Source of the DNA: Nitrososphaerota archaeon
GTDB taxonomy: Archaea; Thermoproteota; Nitrososphaeria_A; Caldarchaeales; JAVZCJ01
Reading direction: 5' to 3'
Assembly: GCA_038817485.1 (NCBI GenBank)
Contig: JAWAZL010000002.1
Coordinates: forward strand, 2,918-66,917
DNA: 64,000 nt
Shown: in pieces, positions 9,843 to 19,363 of the stretch
Layout of the letters: every line of letters starts with the position of its first letter
How positions within the stretch are numbered: position 1 is the first letter of the stretch
Position numbers and translations under genes: made by a program
The notes under the pieces: model-generated
Told to the model about the DNA's origin: nothing
What the model saw: only the letters and a program-made list of their open reading frames with translations
The model's database searches: none

Positions 9843-10397
9843 CTAAGGAGTGTATTTTTCAATTTTATCTATGGTTGTTATGAAAAAATCTCCTCCAGCA
9901 TGTAAAAGTGGTTTAAAATTCTTAAAATTATAATGTTCATCAAAAAAATCTTTTGAAGCATATGCTGTTAAAACTTTTCCTATAAATAAATCATGATCTC
10001 CAACTTCAATTATTCTATCTAATTTACATTCTATATGAGCTATACAATCTTTTATTATTGGTGGAGAAACCATTTTAGCTTTTTCTGGAGTTAATCCTGT
10101 TTCTTTAAATTTATCAACATCTCTACCACTTCTTCTTCCACAGAAAATTACTTTTTTAGCTAAATCATAGGATGGAATATTTACAACAAATTCTTTACTT
10201 TCTGCAATTAATTTATAGCTATATCTATTTTTATGAATAGCCATTGCTAAATAAGGTGGATTTCTGCTTAATGGAATTATCCAAGCAATTACGATGATAT
10301 TTGGTTTACTATTTTTATCTATAGTTGTTACTAATGTAGAATTATATGGATGTAGAAGATAAGGGAAAAAATTATTTGGTACTTCAACTTTATTCAT
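9843..10397 (-). CDS. Flavin-reductase-like (FMN-binding split-barrel) protein
   Basis: 184 aa. The overall pattern (VTTIDKNSKPNIIVIAW...HIEC...GDHDLFIGKV) matches the flavoredoxin/flavin reductase domain. Confidence 0.55.
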   Translation of the reverse strand: MNKVEVPNNFFPYLLHPYNSTLVTTIDKNSKPNIIVIAWIIPLSRNPPYLAMAIHKNRYSYKLIAESKEFVVNIPSYDLAKKVIFCGRRSGRDVDKFKETGLTPEKAKMVSPPIIKDCIAHIECKLDRIIEVGDHDLFIGKVLTAYASKDFFDEHYNFKNFKPLLHAGGDFFITTIDKIEKYTP

Positions 10398-10504
10398 TAT
10401 AATCCACTCAATTATTTATTTAAATATTTTCCTAATTTAAATCTTTTTATTCTATTATAAATAAAGATTAAGATTTTTAAGTTTTTGGTAATATCTTGCA
10501 AAAT

Positions 10505-10565
10505 ATTTTCTCATTATAGTTAGCCTCTTTTTCTGGTAGTTACCATATCTAAGTTTAGATTCAAA
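10505..10565 (+). repeat. Degenerate copy of the same IS right-end terminal segment
   Basis: ttctcattatagttagcctctttttctgg matches the consensus shared by the copies at 16695, 32425 and 32600. Confidence 0.4.
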
Positions 10566-10752
10566 GATAAAATTGATACAAATGAAATGCTACATCAATA
10601 TTTTAAGCTATAATCAAACTAATATATTAAAAGCCACTTTTTAATTCTCTTTATTAAGATTTTTCTCTATAGACAGAGTTTATATTTAAGTTAAAAGATT
10701 ACGAGACTGGAAAATGATTTATGTATATAATCGTGAAGGATTTAATAAATTA

Positions 10753-11268
10753 TTAATAGTTTTCTTTAATTCTCTCAATTTTACGTGATAAAATCTCTAT
10801 AAGTTTCTCTTCCTCAAGAGCATGTTTCTCATCTTGTGTAAGTTCTTCTGGTAGCCAATTTGGTTTAGGCTTATCTTTAAAATATGCTCTTATGGCTCTT
10901 CTTAAAGCTCCTACAGCAAGTATTCCGCAATGATATTTTACAGCTGGAAGGCCTCCGAGCTCATCTGAAATTCTTTTCCAAGAAATTTGCCAAGCTTCTT
11001 CTAATGTTTTATCTTTAATAATCTCAGTTAATATACTTGAAGCTGCTATATTTGCTGCACATCCATAACTTTCAAATGATGCTTTAATTATTTTTTGAGA
11101 ATTTTTATCTATTTTTAAGTATATTGCAATCATATCCCCACAAGCTATACTCCCAGCTACAGCTAAAGCATCTGCATCTTCCATTTTACCTAAATTCTTT
11201 GGGTTTTTAAAAAGTTCTAAAACTTTAGGATTATATGGTAAAGGAATTCTACTAGACATTTTTTTCAC
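10753..11268 (-). CDS. iscU: IscU/NifU-like Fe-S cluster scaffold protein
   Basis: It has the GSIACGDMIAIYLK motif and further conserved Cys (YGCAANIA, YHCGILA). It overlaps the cysteine desulfurase gene by 17 nt. Confidence 0.7.
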   Translation of the reverse strand: MKKMSSRIPLPYNPKVLELFKNPKNLGKMEDADALAVAGSIACGDMIAIYLKIDKNSQKIIKASFESYGCAANIAASSILTEIIKDKTLEEAWQISWKRISDELGGLPAVKYHCGILAVGALRRAIRAYFKDKPKPNWLPEELTQDEKHALEEEKLIEILSRKIERIKENY

Positions 11269-12493
11269 CTCCAGGTTTAATTGGACTAATTGAACGTATC
11301 CTAGATATTATTCCAGGCATTTTTTCAATCACATATTCTATATCTTCTTCATTATGAAATGGAGTAACTTTCATTAATAAACTTCCATGAGCTTCTTCAT
11401 ATTTCCTTCCTATAGCTAAAAGTACATGACTAGGTTCTAAAACTCTACTTGTACAAGCACTTCCACTTGAAACATATATTCCATTCAAACTAAGTTCAAC
11501 AGTTAATGCTTCTCCTTCGCAATATAAAAAGCTTAAATTAGCATTATCAGGTGAACGCTTATTTCCTTCAGGTCCATTTAAAAGTACATATTCTATTTCT
11601 TCAATTATATTTTTTATAAGCATATCTCTAAGATTAATCATTTTTAAAGTATAATATTCAAAATTAGAATTTAAAATTTCAATTGCTTTAGAAAAACCAA
11701 TTATAGAAGGGATATTCTCTAAACTTGGCCAAAGCCTTTGAGTACTGAGTTGTCCATAAATTATAGGTTCTAATTTTATTCCTTCTTTTACATAAAGTGC
11801 TCCTGCACCTTTTGGTCCATAAACTTTATGACTACTAAAAGAGGCTAAATCTATATTCAATTTTCTTAAATCCATTTTAATTTTTCCAAGAGCATCACAA
11901 GCATCTGTATGAACAAATATTTCTGAATCCTTATCTTTAATTACATCAACTATTGTTTTTAAATCTTGTATCGTTCCTATTTCATGATTTACAGCTGCTA
12001 TACTTACCAAAAGAGTATTTTTATCAATATTTTCATTTATAAAATCTATATTTACAAACCCTTCTTTATCAACGGGAATTTTAATAACTTTATATCCATA
12101 TTTTTGAAGATAATCAGCTGGAAAAATTACGCTTAAATGCTCTATACTTGATACAAGTATTTTTTTTCTTTCTTTATAAGATTCGGCTAATCCCAAAATA
12201 GCTAAATTATTAGCTTCAGTACCATTATGAGTATATACTATTTCTTCAAGATTACAATTTAAAACATTAGCTAATATACTACTTGATTCGTAAAGTTTCT
12301 CATAGGATTCCCATCCAATTTTATGAGTTATAGACGGATGACCATAGCCAGTATTTTTATAAGCTTCAATTAGTGCTTCCAAAGCTTCAGGAAATATTAA
12401 TCCAGAATTTTCTGAATCGAGGTATACTTCCTTTTTAGGTTTACCGTGAAATTCTAAAAGGGAACGTACATCTTTAATTATATCACTAGACAT
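11252..12493 (-). CDS. iscS: Cysteine desulfurase (class V aminotransferase, IscS/NifS/SufS-like)
   Basis: 413 aa. The PLP-lysine motif is SFSSHKVYGPKGAGALYV. The active-site Cys is in the SSGSACTS loop. Confidence 0.8.
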   Translation of the reverse strand: MSSDIIKDVRSLLEFHGKPKKEVYLDSENSGLIFPEALEALIEAYKNTGYGHPSITHKIGWESYEKLYESSSILANVLNCNLEEIVYTHNGTEANNLAILGLAESYKERKKILVSSIEHLSVIFPADYLQKYGYKVIKIPVDKEGFVNIDFINENIDKNTLLVSIAAVNHEIGTIQDLKTIVDVIKDKDSEIFVHTDACDALGKIKMDLRKLNIDLASFSSHKVYGPKGAGALYVKEGIKLEPIIYGQLSTQRLWPSLENIPSIIGFSKAIEILNSNFEYYTLKMINLRDMLIKNIIEEIEYVLLNGPEGNKRSPDNANLSFLYCEGEALTVELSLNGIYVSSGSACTSRVLEPSHVLLAIGRKYEEAHGSLLMKVTPFHNEEDIEYVIEKMPGIISRIRSISPIKPGGEKNV

Positions 12494-12495
12494 TA

Positions 12496-12723
12496 CTATT
12501 TAACCTCCACGTATATTTCATATACATCTTCATTCTTCTCAATTTTTAAAATATTATGTCCTACATTGGAAGCCCACTCTTTTATATCAGAGGGAGCAGC
12601 TGGATCTGTAGCTAAAAGTTTAATTATTTGCCCTGGTTTTGCTTTGCTAATCGCTTCAACTAATGCTAATAAAGGTCCTGGACAAAACTTAAATCTTGCA
12701 TCAATTACTAAATCTACTTTCAT
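12496..12723 (-). CDS. tusA: TusA-like sulfurtransferase
   Basis: 75 aa with the CPGP motif near the N-terminus (FKFCPGPLLAL). Confidence 0.7.
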   Translation of the reverse strand: MKVDLVIDARFKFCPGPLLALVEAISKAKPGQIIKLLATDPAAPSDIKEWASNVGHNILKIEKNEDVYEIYVEVK

Positions 12724-12739
12724 AATTAATCTACTTTAT

Positions 12740-13150
12740 TTAAGAAATAAATAAGTTTATTTCAGAATCTTTAGCTTTAGATAAGAAAGTTGGAGCACCA
12801 ACTATATCATCTACAAAATCTTCAAGATTTTCTTTATTAATTCCAAATAAATCCATTGTTGTTGAGCAAGCATAGATTTTAAGTTTACCAATATTTTTAA
12901 AAGATTTAATCATATTTTTCCATTCTGGAATTTTACCTGATTCTATCATTTTTATTAAAGATTCCTTATATTCATTATAGTCTAAGCTTACATTTTTAGT
13001 TTCATATCCTTTCTTTAAAGCTAATAAAGCCCAAAAAGTGAAAAATATTTCAGCATCCCATCCTAAAGCAACAGAACTAGTTGCAAGTATTATTGCTGGA
13101 TAAATTTTATCTATTCTTTCGGAAGCTAATATGATAGATATTTTAGGCAT
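12740..13150 (-). CDS. DsrE/DsrF/TusD-like sulfur-relay protein
   Basis: 136 aa with a conserved Cys in IYACSTTMDLFG. It lies immediately downstream of tusA, as in archaeal dsrE3-tusA clusters. Confidence 0.55.
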   Translation of the reverse strand: MPKISIILASERIDKIYPAIILATSSVALGWDAEIFFTFWALLALKKGYETKNVSLDYNEYKESLIKMIESGKIPEWKNMIKSFKNIGKLKIYACSTTMDLFGINKENLEDFVDDIVGAPTFLSKAKDSEINLFIS

Positions 13151-13281
13151 ATTTTCTCAATAAAATAAATATAACGGTGTTATATAAAGTTTTAAAAATA
13201 ATGATGAATATTTTAAAAATATTTTTTATTTTCTTAAAAAAACTTTTATATAAAAATAATTAATTAAGTTCAAATATAAAA

Positions 13282-13617
13282 TTGGTGATGAAAATGAAAA
13301 TAAAAGATGAAAAACTCACTGGATATATTTTACTTGCTATAGGTTTGATACTTATATTTTTTTCGATATTCTCTGTTTTTAGTGTTTTTACTGGTTCTTC
13401 TTCTGCTCCATCATTAATTAAAATGAATGATGTTAAAATTTCTATTCCTGGTGCTGGAGAAACTACAATTTTTGATGGGGAGACTTTAAGTAGTATTACC
13501 AATATATTTCTATGGCTCATTTTAATGATTTTTATTGCTTCAGGAGGAAGTAGAATAGGAAACTTAGGAGTAAAATTATTAAGAGAAATAAAAGTAGAGA
13601 TAAAAAAAGAAGATTAA
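13282..13617 (+). CDS. Small membrane protein (two predicted TM helices)
   Basis: 111 aa with hydrophobic stretches LLAIGLILIFFSIFSVFSVF and IFLWLILMIFIA. It overlaps the antisense ORF 13260..13520, which I consider spurious. Confidence 0.4.
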   Translation: MVMKMKIKDEKLTGYILLAIGLILIFFSIFSVFSVFTGSSSAPSLIKMNDVKISIPGAGETTIFDGETLSSITNIFLWLILMIFIASGGSRIGNLGVKLLREIKVEIKKED

Positions 13618-13661
13618 TAAAAAAGAAAATAAAAAGTTAGATTTATAAGAGATGGTTTAAA

Positions 13662-14585
13662 ATGACTGAAATAATTGTTATAGGACATAAAAATCCAGAT
13701 ACAGACTCTATAATAGCTGCAATTGCTTATGCTTTTTTAAAAAATAAGATTGATAATAGAAATAATTATATTGCTGCAAAATGTGGAGAAATAAATAAAG
13801 AAACTAAAGCAGTACTTAAAAAAGCTTCATTAAATGAGCCAATATTGATTGAAAATATTTCTGGAAAAAAAGTTATACTCATTGATCATAATGAATTTAC
13901 TCAAGCTTGTGATGGTATAGAAGAAGCAGAAATTTTAGAAATAATAGATCATCATAAAATTAATTTCTCTTATCCTTTACCAATATATTATCATGCTGAA
14001 CCAATAGGTTCAACATCTACAATAATTACTAAAATGTTTTTTGAAAAAAATATTGTAATAGAAAAAAATATTGCTCTAGCTTTATTAGCAGCAATACTCA
14101 GTGATACAGTAGTTTTTAAATCAAGCACTACTACAAATGAAGATTACGAAATTGCTAAAAAACTTGCTGAAATTGCTAAAATTAAAGATATCGAAGCTTT
14201 TGGAATAGAAATAAAGAAGGAAAAAGCAAGTATAATTGGAAAATCAATAGAAGAGATAGTTCTTAGTGATTTTAAAGAATATAATTTTAAAAAAGGTAAA
14301 GTTGGTATTGGACAAATTGAAATTGTTGATTTTGAAGAAGTTGAAGAAAGGAAGAAAGAAATTATAAATGGAATGGAAAAAATTAAAAATAATGAAAAAT
14401 TTGATTTAGTATTATTAATGGCAACAAACATTATTTTAGGCGATACTCAGCTTTTATGTGTTGGAGATATAGAAAAAGTCGAAATGGCATTTAATGCAAA
14501 AGTGAAAGAAAATTGTGTTTATCTAAAAAATGTTATGTCAAGGAAAAAGGACATTGTACCTAAGATCGAAAAAGTATTTTCATAA
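13662..14585 (+). CDS. ppaC: Manganese-dependent inorganic pyrophosphatase (family II, DHH/DHHA2)
   Basis: The N-terminus is IVIGHKNPDTDSIIAAIAYA. DHH-type motifs are ILIDHNE and IIDHHK. Length is 307 aa. Confidence 0.8.
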   Translation: MTEIIVIGHKNPDTDSIIAAIAYAFLKNKIDNRNNYIAAKCGEINKETKAVLKKASLNEPILIENISGKKVILIDHNEFTQACDGIEEAEILEIIDHHKINFSYPLPIYYHAEPIGSTSTIITKMFFEKNIVIEKNIALALLAAILSDTVVFKSSTTTNEDYEIAKKLAEIAKIKDIEAFGIEIKKEKASIIGKSIEEIVLSDFKEYNFKKGKVGIGQIEIVDFEEVEERKKEIINGMEKIKNNEKFDLVLLMATNIILGDTQLLCVGDIEKVEMAFNAKVKENCVYLKNVMSRKKDIVPKIEKVFS

Positions 14586-14961
14586 AATATCAACATTACG
14601 GAAAGCAATATTATCTTCAGTAAAAGAAACAATATTTGGTATAATGGCCACTTATGCTATAAAATTTTCTCTATAGAAAACTTTAGCGTTCTCATGGATC
14701 TTATAATAGTTCTAGTAACTATCATAATATTTAGTTATGTTATGCACTTATAGAAACTATATATGGCACTCTCTTTAAACAACACATATTACTCACTTTG
14801 CTTATAGAGGGATTTTTTACGGGAATAATATAAGATAATGCTTTAAAATTAGGAAATTAAAAATAGTTGAAACTACTTAAATGAAAAATATTAATTTTTA
14901 AGTCAAAATTAAGAGCTTCAGTAGTTTTTACTATAATAAATCTCAATTAATATTTGATTAT

Positions 14962-15075
14962 TTACTTCTTTCTTTGTGTTAATGTAAGTAATAATTCTCT
15001 CCAAGTCCTCTTGCCTTTTACTTTTCTCAATTTATTATATTCTTTCTCACTTAGGATTATTCTTATTTGTTTCAT
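14962..15075 (-). CDS. Possible small ribbon-helix-helix-like protein (37 aa, MKQIRIILSEKEYNKLRKVKGKRTWRELLLTLTQRKK)
   Basis: A short ORF in an otherwise empty 700-bp AT-rich spacer. The sequence resembles small archaeal RHH/antitoxin-like proteins. The call is tentative. Confidence 0.25.
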   Translation of the reverse strand: MKQIRIILSEKEYNKLRKVKGKRTWRELLLTLTQRKK

Positions 15076-15297
15076 ATCACTCACACTAAAATATAGTAGG
15101 TAATACTTACTTATATATTTTTCGCTATTTCTTTAAGTTTATAGTGCTTAATATATTAGCATTTTTTTGACATAAATGTTAGCATTACCAATACTTATTA
15201 TTTTTTAAATATTCGTACAAAATTTTTGTTACAACATAGGAAGTACCTTTTTCAATTCTATATGGCTAAAGTAGAGTAGAGGAACTTAGTTACGAAC

Positions 15298-15666
15298 TTA
15301 TTTAAGTGATATTACAGATGCATTATCTATAATTTGCACTTCTATTAAGTTTTCTTCATCAAACCATGATATGTATGATAATAAAACTGATTTTATTAAA
15401 AAATATTGTCCAATATTATTTACTTTATTTAATGTTTTTTTAATTACGATTTTAATAAGCTCATCAAAACTTTTAGAATTAGTACTTAATTCATTAAGTA
15501 TAAGATTTCTTATTTTCATTATTGCCGATACATTGATTTCAATAAGTTCTTCAATATTTTTTGTAGGAAAACCATGAGAAGGTAAAAATATTAAATTTTT
15601 TAGTATTTTAAGATTTTCAATAGTTTCTAAGGCTTTTTTAACATTTAAATCTTTAAAATATTTCAA
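15298..15666 (-). CDS. Hypothetical protein
   Basis: 122-aa ORF with no recognisable motifs. Confidence 0.35.
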   Translation of the reverse strand: MKYFKDLNVKKALETIENLKILKNLIFLPSHGFPTKNIEELIEINVSAIMKIRNLILNELSTNSKSFDELIKIVIKKTLNKVNNIGQYFLIKSVLLSYISWFDEENLIEVQIIDNASVISLK

Positions 15667-15741
15667 AAGTAGCTTATAAAAGTTATGTTTAGACTTTTAT
15701 TAATATTTATGAATAAGTAATTTTTATTATAAAACAAAGGA

Positions 15742-16674
15742 ATGGCTTTCATGAATAATAAGGCTAACATTAAAGCACTTTCATACGCATTATTTTTAAC
15801 ATTGATAATAATGTTTTTTGAAATTATAGGAAGCATTATTTCTGGAAGTTTAGCTTTAATGAGTGATGCTGCGCATATGTTAATAGATAGTACTTCATTA
15901 ATAGTTGCTTTTATAGCATTAAAAATTTCTGAAAAAAAGCCTACTGAAAATAAAACTTATGGCTTTTATAGAGCAGAAATTTTATCAGCATTTATAAATG
16001 GAATATTGCTTGCTTTTGTAGCATTTTATATTTTTAGAGAAGCCTATTTAAGATTATTCAATCCTATAAATATTCTTGAAAAACCTATGCTTATAGTAGC
16101 AATAATAGGATTGAGCGTAAATATTTTTTCAGCCCTCATATTATTTAAGCCTTCAAATTTAAGCTTAAGTATTAAAGGGGCATTTTTACATGTTTTAAGT
16201 GATGCTGTTTCTTCTATTGGTGTGATAATAGGTGGAATAATAATATTTTTTACTAAACTTTATGTGGTAGATACTCTCATAGGGATAGGGATAAGTATAT
16301 TAATATTTAGGGGGTCTTATCAACTTTTGAAAGAGGCTATAAATGTGCTAATGGAAGGAGTGCCAAAAGGATTAAAATTGGAAAACATCATTAATGAAAT
16401 AATAAAAGTAAAAGGAGTAAAGAATATTCATGATATTCATGTTTGGAGTATTGCAACAAATGTAAATGCATTAAGTGCACATATTGTTTTAGATAACATT
16501 TCCCTTAAAGAGGCCGATAAAATTTTAAATGAGATAAATATTTTACTAAAAAATAAATTTAATATAACACACACAACTCTACAAATTGAATGTGATTTAT
16601 GTCCAAAAGGGACAATATGTATTTTCTCGCCTGAAAATGAAAATCAGAAAGATAAAACATTTTTGAGAGAATAA
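15742..16674 (+). CDS. Cation diffusion facilitator (CzcD/ZitB-type) metal efflux transporter
   Basis: Six TM helices with His/Asp metal-site motifs HMLIDSTS and HVLSDAVSS, plus a C-terminal cytoplasmic domain. Confidence 0.8.
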   Translation: MAFMNNKANIKALSYALFLTLIIMFFEIIGSIISGSLALMSDAAHMLIDSTSLIVAFIALKISEKKPTENKTYGFYRAEILSAFINGILLAFVAFYIFREAYLRLFNPINILEKPMLIVAIIGLSVNIFSALILFKPSNLSLSIKGAFLHVLSDAVSSIGVIIGGIIIFFTKLYVVDTLIGIGISILIFRGSYQLLKEAINVLMEGVPKGLKLENIINEIIKVKGVKNIHDIHVWSIATNVNALSAHIVLDNISLKEADKILNEINILLKNKFNITHTTLQIECDLCPKGTICIFSPENENQKDKTFLRE

Positions 16675-16694
16675 TGTATTGTCAGATAAGGAAA

Positions 16695-16775
16695 TCTTCT
16701 TACCATAGTTTAGCCTCTCTCTGGAGTTTGCCTATATTCTAAGCTTGGATTGGAATATAAGCTTCCTATTCCTCC
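16695..16775 (+). repeat. Degenerate solo copy of the IS right-end terminal segment (cttaccatagtttagcctctctctgga...)
   Basis: Collinear similarity to 32600-32680 over about 80 nt, drifted towards AT. Confidence 0.5.
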
Positions 16776-16912
16776 TAAAATGCTTATAAAATTGTGGTTA
16801 ATATTATTAATATTAAATAAAAGAAATAAAAGATAAATTAGTATTCCATTAATTGTTTTTCTATTATTTGGATATATTATCAGCATTATTTATGGAGATA
16901 TTTTAAAAATAT

Positions 16913-17449
16913 TTATTTCAATATAAGACTTGGTTTAGTATAATATATTAGAAACAATTCCAAAATAGCCGATATTAATAGAATAAAATAAATAATTATT
17001 AATTTATTAATAGAAAGATTCTTCTCTAAAGTAATTTTTATTGCTAAAAATATTGAATAAAATTCTAAAATACCATGGGGTAAAGAAAAAATTATAAATA
17101 AAAGAGCATTTATTAAGTTAACTTTTAAGATATTTGTAGTTCTTATAATACTAATAGAGAAAAAAATTATAGTAAAAAATAATGCAAAAATTTTTGGGTG
17201 TTCAAGAACCATATATTCAAATTCACGACGTGGTAAAAAATCCACAACTCTTACATAAAATGACATACCGATTATTATTATTGAAACAACTATAACATTA
17301 TGTAAGAATATTTCTAAAAGGCCTAATATTTTATCTGATAGAATTATTTTATACGCATATCTGAAAATAATGGTATTCTCGATATATCCTAATAAAAGGA
17401 AGAGGAGAAATACAAATCCTAAAAGAATAGTTTCAATTTTTTTACGCAT
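16913..17449 (-). CDS. Integral membrane protein (SpoIIM/DUF95-like)
   Basis: 178 aa with multiple hydrophobic helices. Confidence 0.4.
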   Translation of the reverse strand: MRKKIETILLGFVFLLFLLLGYIENTIIFRYAYKIILSDKILGLLEIFLHNVIVVSIIIIGMSFYVRVVDFLPRREFEYMVLEHPKIFALFFTIIFFSISIIRTTNILKVNLINALLFIIFSLPHGILEFYSIFLAIKITLEKNLSINKLIIIYFILLISAILELFLIYYTKPSLILK

Positions 17450-17464
17450 TTTAGATTCACTCTA

Positions 17465-18007
17465 TTAAATTTTTTCTAATAAGAGTTCTAAATAAGATTT
17501 TGTAGTTATAGAACTTTTTGGAATATTTATTTTTTCAAGTATTTTAATAAGTTTTTCTTCGATTGTTTTTATGAAGAGTTCATTTTCTATTTCTTCTTCT
17601 ATTTCTATGAAATATCCTAAGTCTTTCACCTCATCCATATAAATAGAAGTACTTCCTAAAGTATACACTTCTCTTTTTTTAGAAATGATTGCTACTGGTT
17701 TAAATCCTAATCTAAAGAATATTTCTTTAGTATTTTCAAAATTTTTAACTTCAGTTTGAACTTCTAATCTTGTTTTTGATATTTTACTTATCTTTGCTCC
17801 CTTATATGTTAAAAAATACTTTTCATTTGATTTGCGAAGTCTTAAAGCTTCATCAGTTTTAGAAAAATCTCTTAAGGGATGTTGGAAATAGATATCTTCT
17901 TCTAAAACTTTAGATATTAATTTACTTCCTAAGCTTAATATTTTATTTTTCACTTCTATAAATTTCTCATAATTTTCAATTTTTGCTTTAAATTCCACTT
18001 CAATCAT
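17465..18007 (-). CDS. CYTH-domain protein (class IV adenylate cyclase / triphosphatase-like)
   Basis: N-terminal IEVEFKAKI (ExExK motif), plus RLRK and TYKG segments typical of CYTH. Confidence 0.6.
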   Translation of the reverse strand: MIEVEFKAKIENYEKFIEVKNKILSLGSKLISKVLEEDIYFQHPLRDFSKTDEALRLRKSNEKYFLTYKGAKISKISKTRLEVQTEVKNFENTKEIFFRLGFKPVAIISKKREVYTLGSTSIYMDEVKDLGYFIEIEEEIENELFIKTIEEKLIKILEKINIPKSSITTKSYLELLLEKI

Positions 18008-18106
18008 ATTTTATTCATCTTTATGCTTTTTTTAATTTGTTATTATTTTTTATAAAAAAATATTTACAAAAGCAAGAATATTAATTTATTTAAAAATGAG
18101 TAAAAT

Positions 18107-18440
18107 AGAATTTGGATTAAGAATACCTACATTTCAATAATGATAGTAGAGGAAGAAAATTCATAGAAGAATGTTTTAATTCAGGTTTGGTTAATGATCA
18201 TTTTGTTCCATGGGCAACTTTTGCCCCTCCTAAAGTTGATCATTTAGAATGTTGGACAACAATATCTTATCTTTCAGGCATATTTAGTAAAATGAAGTTT
18301 GGAAGTATTGTATTGTGTAATTCCTATAGAAATCCTGCATTAGTTGCTAAAATGTCTTTTACTCTTAATGTTCTTACAAATGGCAGGTTCATTTTAGGAA
18401 TTGGTGCAGGTTGGAAAGAAGATGTTTCCAAAAACTAATG
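18107..18440 (+). pseudogene. Truncated remnant of a luciferase-like (LLM) flavin/F420-dependent oxidoreductase, paralogous to 57079..57981
   Basis: MSKIEFGLRIPTFQ then a stop at 18107-18151. A second piece in another frame reads ...RFILGIGAGW (the LLM signature GxGAGW). The rest of the gene is missing. Confidence 0.6.
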
Positions 18441-18494
18441 GAGCAGAAATATTCGCTGAAAAAGTAATAACAGAATTTAAATAATGATGAAGTA

Positions 18495-19328
18495 TCAAAT
18501 GGGTAAACTTATTACTTTGAAATATAATAAAAGAATTGCTATCACTGATCCAAAAATAATAGCAAAAAGATTTACTACATTATTATCTAACCATTTATAT
18601 CCACGCAAGTATAATGTTTCTTTATTACAATGAATTTTTTTCTCTGTTTCTTTTCCACAATACTGACATTTATACATTGCTTGAATAGTCGCGCCTAAAA
18701 AGCTATCAAATGATGAGCCTAAGAAGCCACTTATAATTGTTAATATAAGAATATTTATAAAAAAATCCAATCTAGGATAAAAAATTGTTGCTGTAATTGA
18801 AATAAAGAAAGCACTTATAATTTGTGCAACTTCACCAAGTATAGATACTCCTCCTGACGTACCTGCTGGGACTTTCTTTTTTAAATTTATTATTAACCTA
18901 GGCTCACCTTTATACAATAAGCCTATTTCAGTTGCAAGTGTATCTGCTAATGCTGTTACAACAGCTCCAAAAAAACCTGCAATATAAAATACTTTAAATG
19001 GATTATTGTCAAATATTGTAAGTAAAGCAAAAATGGCGGGTATAACTCCATTTGCTGATACATTTTTCCAACCTCTTGCACCTTTTTTCTCTTCAGCTAC
19101 GCCCTTCCTTCTTTTATATTCATATTTGTATTTTGTAAATATACCAGCAACTAAATGAAAAACCAATAATGGAATAAATAAAAATTCTCCTCCAGAAGCA
19201 TACACAGTAAATCCTATTATAAAACCAGCTATTAAACCAGTTAAATCTACTATTGCTATTTTATACGAAATAGCGCCAAATAAACCTACAACAATAGCTG
19301 CTTTTATAATTTGAAAAATAAAAGACAT
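18495..19328 (-). CDS. DUF92/TMEM19-family integral membrane protein with a C-terminal CxxC...C insertion
   Basis: 277 aa, polytopic. It has a GTSGGVSILG-type Gly-rich motif. Confidence 0.5.
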   Translation of the reverse strand: MSFIFQIIKAAIVVGLFGAISYKIAIVDLTGLIAGFIIGFTVYASGGEFLFIPLLVFHLVAGIFTKYKYEYKRRKGVAEEKKGARGWKNVSANGVIPAIFALLTIFDNNPFKVFYIAGFFGAVVTALADTLATEIGLLYKGEPRLIINLKKKVPAGTSGGVSILGEVAQIISAFFISITATIFYPRLDFFINILILTIISGFLGSSFDSFLGATIQAMYKCQYCGKETEKKIHCNKETLYLRGYKWLDNNVVNLFAIIFGSVIAILLLYFKVISLPI

Positions 19329-19363
19329 TATTGCATCTCCTTTGATTTATTTCAAAAAAATCT

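Noticed and set aside
12566-12754. 62-aa + strand ORF overlapping tusA and the tusA/dsrE junction
   Set aside because: Antisense to two motif-bearing genes. No start context.
14600-15297. 700-bp gene-free AT-rich spacer examined for RNA genes or repeats
   Set aside because: No GC-rich structured segment, no repeats, and no long ORF. Only a tentative 37-aa RHH-like ORF (14962..15075) was retained, at low confidence.
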